A stretch of DNA of 64,000 bases from Polyangia bacterium (GTDB taxonomy: Bacteria; Myxococcota_A; Polyangia; JAAYKL01): NCBI GenBank assembly GCA_050287845.1, contig JBNKCR010000018.1:15268-79267 (forward strand), in the 5' to 3' direction. Positions 1 through 8,526 of the stretch are shown here, one piece after another. The translations under genes and the position numbers were made by a program. Numbering within the stretch: the first letter of the stretch is position 1; each line of letters begins with the position of its first letter. The notes beneath the pieces were generated by a model. It made no database searches, was not told the DNA's origin, and saw nothing but the letters and a program-made list of their open reading frames with translations.

Positions 1-300
1 GGACTTTCTATTTCGTATTCCATCATTGTGAAAGAACATAACTGGAAAATGCATTTTTGAAAGAGGTGCAGCGGGCGGTGCGAACTTTGTTATTGAACTG
101 CCCGTGTGCGATTCGTTGAACGATGGCCCTACTGAATATACCGCCGATGGTTGATTCGGGCGTGGGAGACATCCTCCCATCCAGATGCAGTCTCGCGTAT
201 TTAAAGCAAATGATCCCTTGTACCGATTGATGTCTCGTTTTATAACGCCTCCCTGTTGATGGAATCCCGGCGGGAAGGCCGGTTGTGATGGAGTATATAT

Positions 301-2922
301 ATGGCAGCGAAGTATCAACCGAATGAAATCGAATCCAGGTGGCAGCAGTACTGGGAAAAAGAGCGTACGTTCTACACCCGAGAGGAATCGGATGCCCCCA
401 AATTCTACATGCTGGAAATGTTTCCCTATCCTTCCGGCAGACTGCATATGGGGCACGTTCGCAATTACTCCATTGGCGATGTGGTGGCCCGCTACAAAGT
501 GAAATGCGGTTACCACGTGATGCATCCGTTTGGTTGGGATGCATTCGGTTTACCTGCGGAAAACGCCGCTATAGAGCGGGGGGTTCACCCGGCCGGATGG
601 ACTTATGCAAATATTAAAGACATGCGGGGCCAGCTTCAGAAGCTCGGTCTGGGGTATGACTGGGATCGCGAAATTGCCACGTGTCATCCCGATTATTACC
701 GATGGGAACAGCTCATTTTTATACGGGCCTACGAAAAAGGGCTTGTTTACCGCAAAAAGGCGCTGGTGAACTGGTCAGAAAAAATGCAGACCGTGCTGGC
801 CAATGAGCAGGTAATTGATGGGGTGGACTATCGCTATGGATTGCCGGTGATTCAGAAGGAGTTGACCCAGTGGTTCTTTAAAACCACCGCATATGCCGAG
901 GAATTGCTCGACGGTATCGACAATGTGCTGGAAGAAAACTGGCCCAGGCGGGTGGTACTGGAGCAGCGCTCCCGAATCGGAAAGAGCCACGGCGCCCGGG
1001 TGGAATTCAAGCTGGAAGAGCCGGTCGACGGGGAAACTTTGCTGCCGGTATTTACCACCCGCCCCGATACCCTGTGGGGGGTTACATTCATGAGTCTTGC
1101 GGCGGAGCATCCAATGGCACTCAAACTCGCCGCCGGTACGGAACGGCAGGAAGTGGTGCATGGCTTTGTGCAGAAAGTGCTGGCTGAGGACAAGCGAAAG
1201 CGAGGGTCAGAGGATTATGAAAAGCAAGGGGTATTTACGGGAAAATATTGCATTAATCCGGTAAATGGCGTTCGGGTTCCCGTGTATATCGCCAACTTTG
1301 TGCTGATGGACTACGGAACCGGGGCAGTGATGGCCGTACCAGCCCACGATCAGCGCGATTTTGAATTCGCCCGGAAGTATGGTTTGCCGGTGGAGGCGGT
1401 TATTCAGCCGGATGCAAATACAGCACTCAATCCCGCTGACATGACTGAAGCGTACGTGGACGATGGCGTTATGGTGAATTCTGCGCAGTTCACTGGCCGC
1501 AATAATCGGGAAGCCATTGAATCCATTGCCGACTACCTGGCGGAAAAGGGATGGGGCGGAAAAACCATCAATTACCGCCTCCGCGATTGGTGTGTATCCA
1601 GACAGCGATACTGGGGCGCGCCCATTCCGGTGGTGTACTGCGACAAATGTGATGTGGTGCCGGTTCCTGAAGACCAGCTTCCCGTGACGTTGCCCGAAGA
1701 TGTGAAGTTCGAAGCAGAAGGGGGTTCGCCCCTTGCAAAGTGTGAGTCGTTCGTGCACACCGTCTGTCCCGGATGTGGTGGCCCGGCCAGAAGGGAAACC
1801 GATACGTTCGATACATTCATGGAATCATCGTGGTATCAGTTGCGATACGCATCTCCCAGATATGAAGGTGGTCCGGTGGATCCGGCAGCCATCGAAAAGT
1901 GGTTACCGGTAGATCAGTACATCGGTGGAATTGAACATGCGGTGGGCCATCTGATGTATAGCCGGTTTTACCATCGACTGATGCAGGATTTGGGCTTTTT
2001 TCCTGAAACGGTGTCGCCGGAACCATTTCACCGGCTGTTGACCCAGGGCATGGTATGCAAGGAAACCCGGTTCACCCGGGACGAAAATGGCAATCCGGTG
2101 TGGCACACCGATGACGATATCGATGAAAACGGACTGAGTCGCAAGAATGGCAGGAAGGTGCTTACCGGGCGGGTGGAGAAAATGTCGAAGTCTAAATACA
2201 ACGGCGTTGACCCCGAAGCCATCATGAAAAAGTATGGAGTGGATTCGGCGCGAATGTTTGTTCTGTTTGCAGCGCCGCCGGAAAATGATCTGGTGTGGAA
2301 GGATGAGGGCGTCGATGGCGTGCATCGGTTCCTTACCCGGGTGTGGAACATGGTACAACAGCGCATGGACGAGCTGAAGAATGCTGCGGTGTTCGACGGA
2401 AATGCAGCCGCCCTGAGTGATGCCGGACAGGAACTTCGCAAGCTGACGCATCAGACCATCAAGGGAGTGACAGAAGATGTTCATGAACGATTCCATTTCA
2501 ATACGGCAATTGCCAAAATCATGGAGTTCATGAACGCCATTTCGAAGTTCCGTGTGGACGGGAAAAATGATGCGGACGCGGCGGTCCAGAAAGAAGCGGT
2601 GCTGGCCCTGACAAATCTGTTGTCTCCATTTGCCCCCCATATCTGTGAAGAAATATGGCAATTGCTGGGACAATCCGGCAATGTGGCCACAACGGCATGG
2701 CCCTCTTTTGATGAAGAAGCAATCAAAGAAAATACGATCACTATCGCCATTCAGGTGATGGGCAAGATGCGGGGTACCGTTGAGGCGCCAGCCGGTTGCT
2801 CAAAAGAGGAGATGGAAAAACTCGCCCTTGCACACGAAAACATTCAAAAGCATATTGAAGGTAAGACCATCCGGAAGGTCATTGTGGTCCCCGGCAAGCT
2901 GGTCAACATCGTTGCGAATTGA
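301..2922 (+). CDS. leuS: Leucyl-tRNA synthetase
   Basis: 873 aa; MFPYPSGRLHMGH (HIGH motif), KMSKS, editing-domain motifs FTTRPDT and GTGAVMAVPAHDQRD, C-terminal KVIVVPGKLVNIV; GGAG RBS upstream. Confidence 0.98.
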   Translation: MAAKYQPNEIESRWQQYWEKERTFYTREESDAPKFYMLEMFPYPSGRLHMGHVRNYSIGDVVARYKVKCGYHVMHPFGWDAFGLPAENAAIERGVHPAGWTYANIKDMRGQLQKLGLGYDWDREIATCHPDYYRWEQLIFIRAYEKGLVYRKKALVNWSEKMQTVLANEQVIDGVDYRYGLPVIQKELTQWFFKTTAYAEELLDGIDNVLEENWPRRVVLEQRSRIGKSHGARVEFKLEEPVDGETLLPVFTTRPDTLWGVTFMSLAAEHPMALKLAAGTERQEVVHGFVQKVLAEDKRKRGSEDYEKQGVFTGKYCINPVNGVRVPVYIANFVLMDYGTGAVMAVPAHDQRDFEFARKYGLPVEAVIQPDANTALNPADMTEAYVDDGVMVNSAQFTGRNNREAIESIADYLAEKGWGGKTINYRLRDWCVSRQRYWGAPIPVVYCDKCDVVPVPEDQLPVTLPEDVKFEAEGGSPLAKCESFVHTVCPGCGGPARRETDTFDTFMESSWYQLRYASPRYEGGPVDPAAIEKWLPVDQYIGGIEHAVGHLMYSRFYHRLMQDLGFFPETVSPEPFHRLLTQGMVCKETRFTRDENGNPVWHTDDDIDENGLSRKNGRKVLTGRVEKMSKSKYNGVDPEAIMKKYGVDSARMFVLFAAPPENDLVWKDEGVDGVHRFLTRVWNMVQQRMDELKNAAVFDGNAAALSDAGQELRKLTHQTIKGVTEDVHERFHFNTAIAKIMEFMNAISKFRVDGKNDADAAVQKEAVLALTNLLSPFAPHICEEIWQLLGQSGNVATTAWPSFDEEAIKENTITIAIQVMGKMRGTVEAPAGCSKEEMEKLALAHENIQKHIEGKTIRKVIVVPGKLVNIVAN

Positions 2923-2944
2923 GCGCGGATAATACGGAGAATCA

Positions 2945-3730
2945 ATGTCGAACATTGTCATTAAAAGTGAAGCAGATCTGGTGGAAATGCGAAAGGCCTG
3001 CAAGCTGGCAGCCAGAACCCTGGTGGAAGCGGCCAAATTAATTGCACCAGGCGTTACGACAGACGAAATTAATCGATTTGTGCATGACTACACCATTAAA
3101 CACAATGCCACGCCCGCCCCGCTGGGATATCGCGGATATCCCAAAAGTGTATGTACATCCGTCAATGAGGTGATTTGCCACGGGATTCCCAGTGATCGAA
3201 AGCTGAATGAAGGCGACATCATCAACGTGGATGTGACGTCCATTCTGAACGGCTGGCACGGGGATGTCTCTGCCACATTTTATGTGGGCAACGTTTCTGA
3301 TGAAGTGCGTAATCTGGTGGAAGTCACCCGGGAGTGTCTGAAAAGAGGCATAGAAAAAGTGAAGCCCAAAACCCGGCTGGGAGATATTGGCGCGGTGATT
3401 CAGCAATACGCGGAGTCCAACGGTTTTTCAGTGGTGCAGGATTTTGTGGGGCATGGCATTGGTCGCAATTTTCATGAAGGGCCGCAGGTGTTGCACTTTG
3501 GTAAGGCAGGCCGGGGACAGCGGCTGATTCAGGGAATGACTTTCACCATTGAGCCCATGATCAACCAGGGCGATTACCGTTCTGTCATTCTGGACGACGA
3601 CTGGACGGCGGTCACCGTTGACGGCAAGTTGTCCGCGCAATTCGAGCATACCATTGCGGTGACGAATGACGGCGTTGAAATTATGACGGCGTTCGACGAA
3701 CCGCTCCTTAACAGCGAAGTTTTCAAGTAA
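2945..3730 (+). CDS. map: Methionine aminopeptidase, type I
   Basis: SVNEVICHGIP, metal ligands in DVT..GWHGD, GHGIG..FHE, TIEPM, QFEHT. Confidence 0.97.
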   Translation: MSNIVIKSEADLVEMRKACKLAARTLVEAAKLIAPGVTTDEINRFVHDYTIKHNATPAPLGYRGYPKSVCTSVNEVICHGIPSDRKLNEGDIINVDVTSILNGWHGDVSATFYVGNVSDEVRNLVEVTRECLKRGIEKVKPKTRLGDIGAVIQQYAESNGFSVVQDFVGHGIGRNFHEGPQVLHFGKAGRGQRLIQGMTFTIEPMINQGDYRSVILDDDWTAVTVDGKLSAQFEHTIAVTNDGVEIMTAFDEPLLNSEVFK

Positions 3731-3731
3731 T

Positions 3732-4901
3732 TCAATGGGCGCAGTGATGGTGCGCAATCACATCATCGTAGATGGATTCCAGCTGTTTCACCCGCGAAAC
3801 GATGTTGTACTCCGATTCCATTTTGATTCGTGCGGCAATGCCCATCTGCGCGCGGAGATCCCGATTGTTCAGCAGCGCAATCAGATGTTTTGCAATGGAT
3901 GCTGCGTCACGTTCCGGCACCAGAAATCCCGTTTCGCCATGGTCGATAATATCCGGGATACCACCATGCAGGGTGCCGATTCCCGGAACACCTGAGGCAG
4001 CGGCTTCCTTGAGGACAATGATGCCGGATTCCCGGTCTAGATTTTTCGCAATGACGCTCGGGGCCATTACCACAAACGCCTGATTCATGAGATCCCGCAC
4101 GTCATTGTGGGGAAGGGGGCCGGTGAAGCGCACGTGGGACGACAGGTTCAGCTCGGAAACCAACCGTTCGCATTCCATGCGCAGCGGTCCATCTCCCACC
4201 AGCACCAGCTTAAAGTTACACCCTGCATCCCGGGCCATGGCGGCAGCCCGGATGCCGTAGATATGACCTTTTTTTTCTACAAATCTACCCACCATCAGTA
4301 CGATGGGCGCCGTTCCGGCAAGGGGGGTGTTGGTGGGCTGAAACATGTCAAGGTCGATACCCAACGGATTGACAATCACTTTTTCGGCAGGACATCCAAT
4401 CTGTTCCATCAGTTGCTTCAGTTCCGTGGATGCAGCAAGGAACAGATTGGCGTCGCGGAACAATGTCCGAAAACCGGAAAGGTATTTCCAGTACCCGGGA
4501 TGAAACCGATCGTTGCCAAGCAGGATGGTGACGTCTCTGCCATGAAGGGAAACCACCAGCGGCAGCTTGAAGGCCCTGGCGTATGGAAGCGCGTACAGGC
4601 CATTGTGGCCAAAATGGGCGTGGAGAATATCCGGCTGCAGCTTATGGATTGATTCGAAAAACCGTTTGTTTCGTCCGGTCAGTCCATACCAGAGCGATGC
4701 CAGCGGGTGTCGCTCCTCTGGCAGTTTTTCCACATACTCCACCTGATGTCCCGGGAACTGTGCGTGGTTTTTCCACTGCCGGGTAAAAACCGTTGCCTCA
4801 TATCGTTCGTGATGACGAAGCTCATCGTGAATGAAGGTTTCTGAATAGTGCAAAAATACATTGCGAAAGAGTCCAACATGTCGCTTCTCTGTGTCGGTCA
4901 C
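3732..4901 (-). CDS. GT4 family glycosyltransferase (WcaL/AmsK-like)
   Basis: SETFI, HAHFG, VGRFVEKKG, ESGIIVLKEAAASGVP, HGGIPD; GT-B retaining motifs; GTG start. Confidence 0.9.
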   Translation of the reverse strand: MTDTEKRHVGLFRNVFLHYSETFIHDELRHHERYEATVFTRQWKNHAQFPGHQVEYVEKLPEERHPLASLWYGLTGRNKRFFESIHKLQPDILHAHFGHNGLYALPYARAFKLPLVVSLHGRDVTILLGNDRFHPGYWKYLSGFRTLFRDANLFLAASTELKQLMEQIGCPAEKVIVNPLGIDLDMFQPTNTPLAGTAPIVLMVGRFVEKKGHIYGIRAAAMARDAGCNFKLVLVGDGPLRMECERLVSELNLSSHVRFTGPLPHNDVRDLMNQAFVVMAPSVIAKNLDRESGIIVLKEAAASGVPGIGTLHGGIPDIIDHGETGFLVPERDAASIAKHLIALLNNRDLRAQMGIAARIKMESEYNIVSRVKQLESIYDDVIAHHHCAH

Positions 4902-5044
4902 CCGTGGTTTCTCCTTCTCGGTTTAATTTCACCAGTCGCGTATTCAACCGGCACATTGGCACCTGGCTGCGGCTTTACCATATCCGGGCACAAAAGAGCA
5001 GGAGAATGTTCCGCCTCGAAAAATTTTTCATGGACCCCGGGACG

Positions 5045-5488
5045 TCACCCCGGCAACGTGCTCTCCACCCACTGAACGATGCGGTTGGCGTCCATTGCGC
5101 CGGAGGCTCTGTTGACTTCCTTACCATCCCGGAACAACGCCATAGTGGGAATGGAGCGAATATTGTACATGGCCGAAATCTGCGGTTCCTTTTCGGTGTT
5201 GAGCTTGAGGTACACAACTTTGCCTGAATGACGGCTGGCGGCGCCTTCGAATTGAGGCGCCATCATCCGGCAGGGTCCACACCAGGGGGCCCAGAAATCG
5301 ACAAGGACCGGCAGATTGCTTCGGGCGATAATCCGGGAAAATATTTCTCCATTCACTTCGCTGGGCTTCGGGGAAATCAACGGCAGGTGGCACTTTCCGC
5401 ATTTGCCATCGATGACATCCTTTGTGGGTGGAATCGCGTTCGCGGCGCCACAGTGGGTACAGACAACGAGTTTGTTGTTATCACTCAT
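5045..5488 (-). CDS. trxC: Thioredoxin 2 (Zn-finger thioredoxin)
   Basis: N-terminal CTHC and CGKC Zn ligands plus WCGPC active site; start moved to MSDNNK, which has a GGAGGT RBS. Confidence 0.93.
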   Translation of the reverse strand: MSDNNKLVVCTHCGAANAIPPTKDVIDGKCGKCHLPLISPKPSEVNGEIFSRIIARSNLPVLVDFWAPWCGPCRMMAPQFEGAASRHSGKVVYLKLNTEKEPQISAMYNIRSIPTMALFRDGKEVNRASGAMDANRIVQWVESTLPG

Positions 5489-5771
5489 GTTTACCTCCCT
5501 CTCACAAACTTTATGCCCCAATCGGTGGCGGTCAAGGAGAAGTGATTTGGTTTGCACGCCATCCGTTTCATCGTTATAATTTCTGTGGAGGTTTGCCTGG
5601 CCCAAATGCGAAAAATCAGAAAAAGTCGTCGCCCAATCCGGTCTTCAATTCATCACATTCTCACTGTTTCAAATCACGACGAACCCATGGCGGCAATAGC
5701 GCCTCGACAATAGCGTGGCACGCCGTCCAACGTGTTGGCGGTAAACCGAATTAACAAAATGGAGGTTCGCA

Positions 5772-6377
5772 ATGGAGTATTATCCGGAACATCATTTTAA
5801 GTTGCCAACCAGTCAGGATCTGGCAGTGCGACAACCCAGAGTGAATACAGATCTGAATCGGTTCCACGAATTTGTCTGTACAATGCCCGGTTTCCGAAAA
5901 AACTATTTTCGATACGATGTGTCTGATTTTGACCGGTGTCGCGATGAATTGAGCAGCTACAACGGACACGAACGCTGGGCGCTCCTCGCCGAAATGGATG
6001 GTGATATTGTGGCAACCGGTTCCATCGATCGCCAACCGTTCGCATGGTCTCATCATGTGGCGGAACTGCGCTGTACCGTCGCACCCCTGTTCAACCATCT
6101 GGGAATTGGCCGGATTCTGTTACATCAACTGGTGGAACTGGCCACGAACCAGGGAATTGAGCGCCTGTTTGTAGAAGTCCTCAAGGAACACCGGGGGGCA
6201 CAGACCAAGCTGACCCGTGAAGGATTTTCCCGGGAAGCGGTTCGTCCCAAATATATCCGGGATGTGTACGGGAATCTCCACGACGTGGTTGTCATGTCCA
6301 TTCATTTACAGGACGTCTGGGGCAGATTCGAAGAAATGCTCTATGAGATGGACTGCCATTTTTCCGCCGGATTGTAG
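5772..6377 (+). CDS. GNAT family N-acetyltransferase
   Basis: Acetyl-CoA motif VAPLFNHLGIG, C-terminal GFSREAV..HDVVVM; strong GGAGG RBS. Confidence 0.85.
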   Translation: MEYYPEHHFKLPTSQDLAVRQPRVNTDLNRFHEFVCTMPGFRKNYFRYDVSDFDRCRDELSSYNGHERWALLAEMDGDIVATGSIDRQPFAWSHHVAELRCTVAPLFNHLGIGRILLHQLVELATNQGIERLFVEVLKEHRGAQTKLTREGFSREAVRPKYIRDVYGNLHDVVVMSIHLQDVWGRFEEMLYEMDCHFSAGL

Positions 6378-6467
6378 ATTGCATTCCATCGCACTGCCCC
6401 ACCCGGTTCAGCGAGATCACGCCGTTTTTATTTTGTGATTTTTACAGACAGTAGTATTTGTATATGA

Positions 6468-6881
6468 ATGATAGATTCTCGCTGGACACAGAAGGACGAG
6501 TTAATCGACATACTGCTCGATTTAAAGCATGACCTCGGAAAATACCTGTTTCTCCATTTGTCCCATCTGACCGTTGATTCCCCGCCGGATATGGTGAAAG
6601 AAGCGTTGAAGACTGCCCTTTTCGAGACCCGGAAAGTGGGGGGACGCGTGCAGACCGCGCGGGAAATCTGGGATCGGTATCACAGTGAAATAGACGCTCT
6701 GAATTATGCGTTTTCAAGCTATGAGTTGTTGCGCGCAGCCATTGCAGAGGCATTGGAAATGCGGCGTTTCCTGGACGCCGAGGATAGCGCTCCCGCTCCC
6801 CACGTCGGGCAAATCCAGAAGATTGCCAGACAGGTGTCAGAAACCATTCAGCAGATTATTGGGGAGGAAAGCGATGAGTGA
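6468..6881 (+). CDS. Small helical protein with an H-box-like motif (stand-alone DHp/phosphotransfer candidate)
   Basis: DLKHDLGKYL resembles an HisKA H-box; looks all-helical; stop overlaps the next start (ATGAGTGA). Confidence 0.7.
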   Translation: MIDSRWTQKDELIDILLDLKHDLGKYLFLHLSHLTVDSPPDMVKEALKTALFETRKVGGRVQTAREIWDRYHSEIDALNYAFSSYELLRAAIAEALEMRRFLDAEDSAPAPHVGQIQKIARQVSETIQQIIGEESDE

Positions 6882-8526
6882 TCGGATTCGTATACTGCTC
6901 GTGGACGATGGTGACACGTATGCGGAGCTTATCCACAGACACATGCCGGAATGTGAGCTGATTGTCGATAATCGGAAGGGGGATGCCCGCACCTGTATCG
7001 GAGATGGCCCATCTGCCATTTCATTTCTTGAGACCTACCGGGGCCCCCTTGATGCCGTGTTGCTGGATATGCATTTTGACATTCCCGAGGACCGCCTGTT
7101 TACGCTGGATGAAGGAGCCAGTCTTCGCCGAACCAAACGATTTCAGGGGGTGGCTATTCTGCGGGAGATCCATGAGCGTTTTCCGGCGCTGCCAGTGGTC
7201 CTTCTGACGTCACTCGAAGATTTGTCCCTGGTGGATGCCGCCAAAGATCTGATTTCCCAATCCATGACCTATGTTTTGGACGGCCAGGATTTGGATGCCC
7301 TGCGTGTTCGGATTGCGTCTGCCACCCGGCGATCCAGGGTGGAGGATGACAGTAGCCGGGTGTTGTGGGGAAACAACAGCGCCATGAAATCCATTCAGCG
7401 CCGACTGACGGTATTGGCCAGGGGGAGTATGCCGGTGATCCTGGAAGGGGAGACAGGTACCGGGAAATCATGGCTGGCTGAACAGTTTGTACACTTGAAC
7501 AGTCGGCGAACCGGCCCCTTCGTGGTGCTGGATCTCTCCACCATCCCGGAGAATCTGTTATCGGCGCATCTGTTTGGCGCGGTGAAAGGTGCATATACGG
7601 GAGCGGTGGAAAATCGCAAGGGCGTCTTCGAAATGGCAAATGAAGGGACGCTGTTTATCGATGAAATCCAGAATGCGCCTTTAGAAGTGCAGAAGCAGTT
7701 GCTGCTGGTGCTCCAGGATCGAAAGGTGCGGCCGCTGGGCAGTCCACGGGAGATTCTCGTGGACGTGAAAGTGGTGGCGGCCAGCAACCGACCGCTGGAT
7801 CAGGCAGTGGCCTCCGGTTCGTTTCGCCCGGATTTGTACATGCGCCTGTCTCCGGCCACCCGCGTTCAGATTCCGCCCCTGCGCCATCGACTGGAAGATT
7901 TGCATTATCTGGCTGATCGGTTTACCCGCCGCGCTATGCAGAACAACGACATCGCCGCAATGGTCAAAGAAGTGGCCGATGCTATCGGCAACAGAACCGT
8001 TTCGGATATTCGCCTGGTGGTCGGACGAAATTCGCGTCCCGGAGATGATGACGCTGTTCATCTGGTGGTGCCCAATCCGGTGTGGAAACTGCTCGAGAGT
8101 CACTCGTGGCCCGGAAACATCAGAGAACTTGAAATGCTCATTTACAATCTTATCACGTTCACGCTGGTTGATACTATCGATACACTTCGCCGGGGAATTC
8201 CGATTTCAACCAGCAATCTGCAGGTGGACGCCGGCCTTGTGGGCAATCTCATTCAGAGTGCGCGGGTGCTTCCGCTGCCGGATAGCCGGCAACCGGGACA
8301 AAACACAGACGACAATGCCATTTCGGTGACGCTGAAATCCGCCACCACCCTCAACGACGTGGCCAACGATGTAGAACGCCAGTATTTTCTGTCGCTGTTT
8401 CGCTCCTGTAAACGGGATTTTTCCATGATGGCCCGCGTTCTTCTCGGGGATACGGCTAAAGCACGCGCGGTGCGGCTGCGATTTAACCAGCTGGGGTTGC
8501 GCGTCAGAGAAATCGAGCCGCGATGA
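6874..8526 (+). CDS. Sigma54-dependent enhancer-binding protein (atypical REC + AAA+ + Fis-like HTH)
   Basis: REC ILLVDD..LLDM; Walker A GETGTGKS; GAYTGA; Walker B LFIDEI; FRPDLYMRL; WPGNIRELE; start at MSDRIR after GGAGG. Confidence 0.93.
   Translation: MSDRIRILLVDDGDTYAELIHRHMPECELIVDNRKGDARTCIGDGPSAISFLETYRGPLDAVLLDMHFDIPEDRLFTLDEGASLRRTKRFQGVAILREIHERFPALPVVLLTSLEDLSLVDAAKDLISQSMTYVLDGQDLDALRVRIASATRRSRVEDDSSRVLWGNNSAMKSIQRRLTVLARGSMPVILEGETGTGKSWLAEQFVHLNSRRTGPFVVLDLSTIPENLLSAHLFGAVKGAYTGAVENRKGVFEMANEGTLFIDEIQNAPLEVQKQLLLVLQDRKVRPLGSPREILVDVKVVAASNRPLDQAVASGSFRPDLYMRLSPATRVQIPPLRHRLEDLHYLADRFTRRAMQNNDIAAMVKEVADAIGNRTVSDIRLVVGRNSRPGDDDAVHLVVPNPVWKLLESHSWPGNIRELEMLIYNLITFTLVDTIDTLRRGIPISTSNLQVDAGLVGNLIQSARVLPLPDSRQPGQNTDDNAISVTLKSATTLNDVANDVERQYFLSLFRSCKRDFSMMARVLLGDTAKARAVRLRFNQLGLRVREIEPR

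Noticed and set aside
1..26. Possible start of a minus-strand gene (ATGATGGAATACGAA) running off the left edge
   Set aside because: Only 8 codons are visible and there is no RBS; cannot be supported.
5716..5730. TGGCACG sigma54-like -24 element upstream of the GNAT gene
   Set aside because: The -12 position reads CCAA rather than TTGC.
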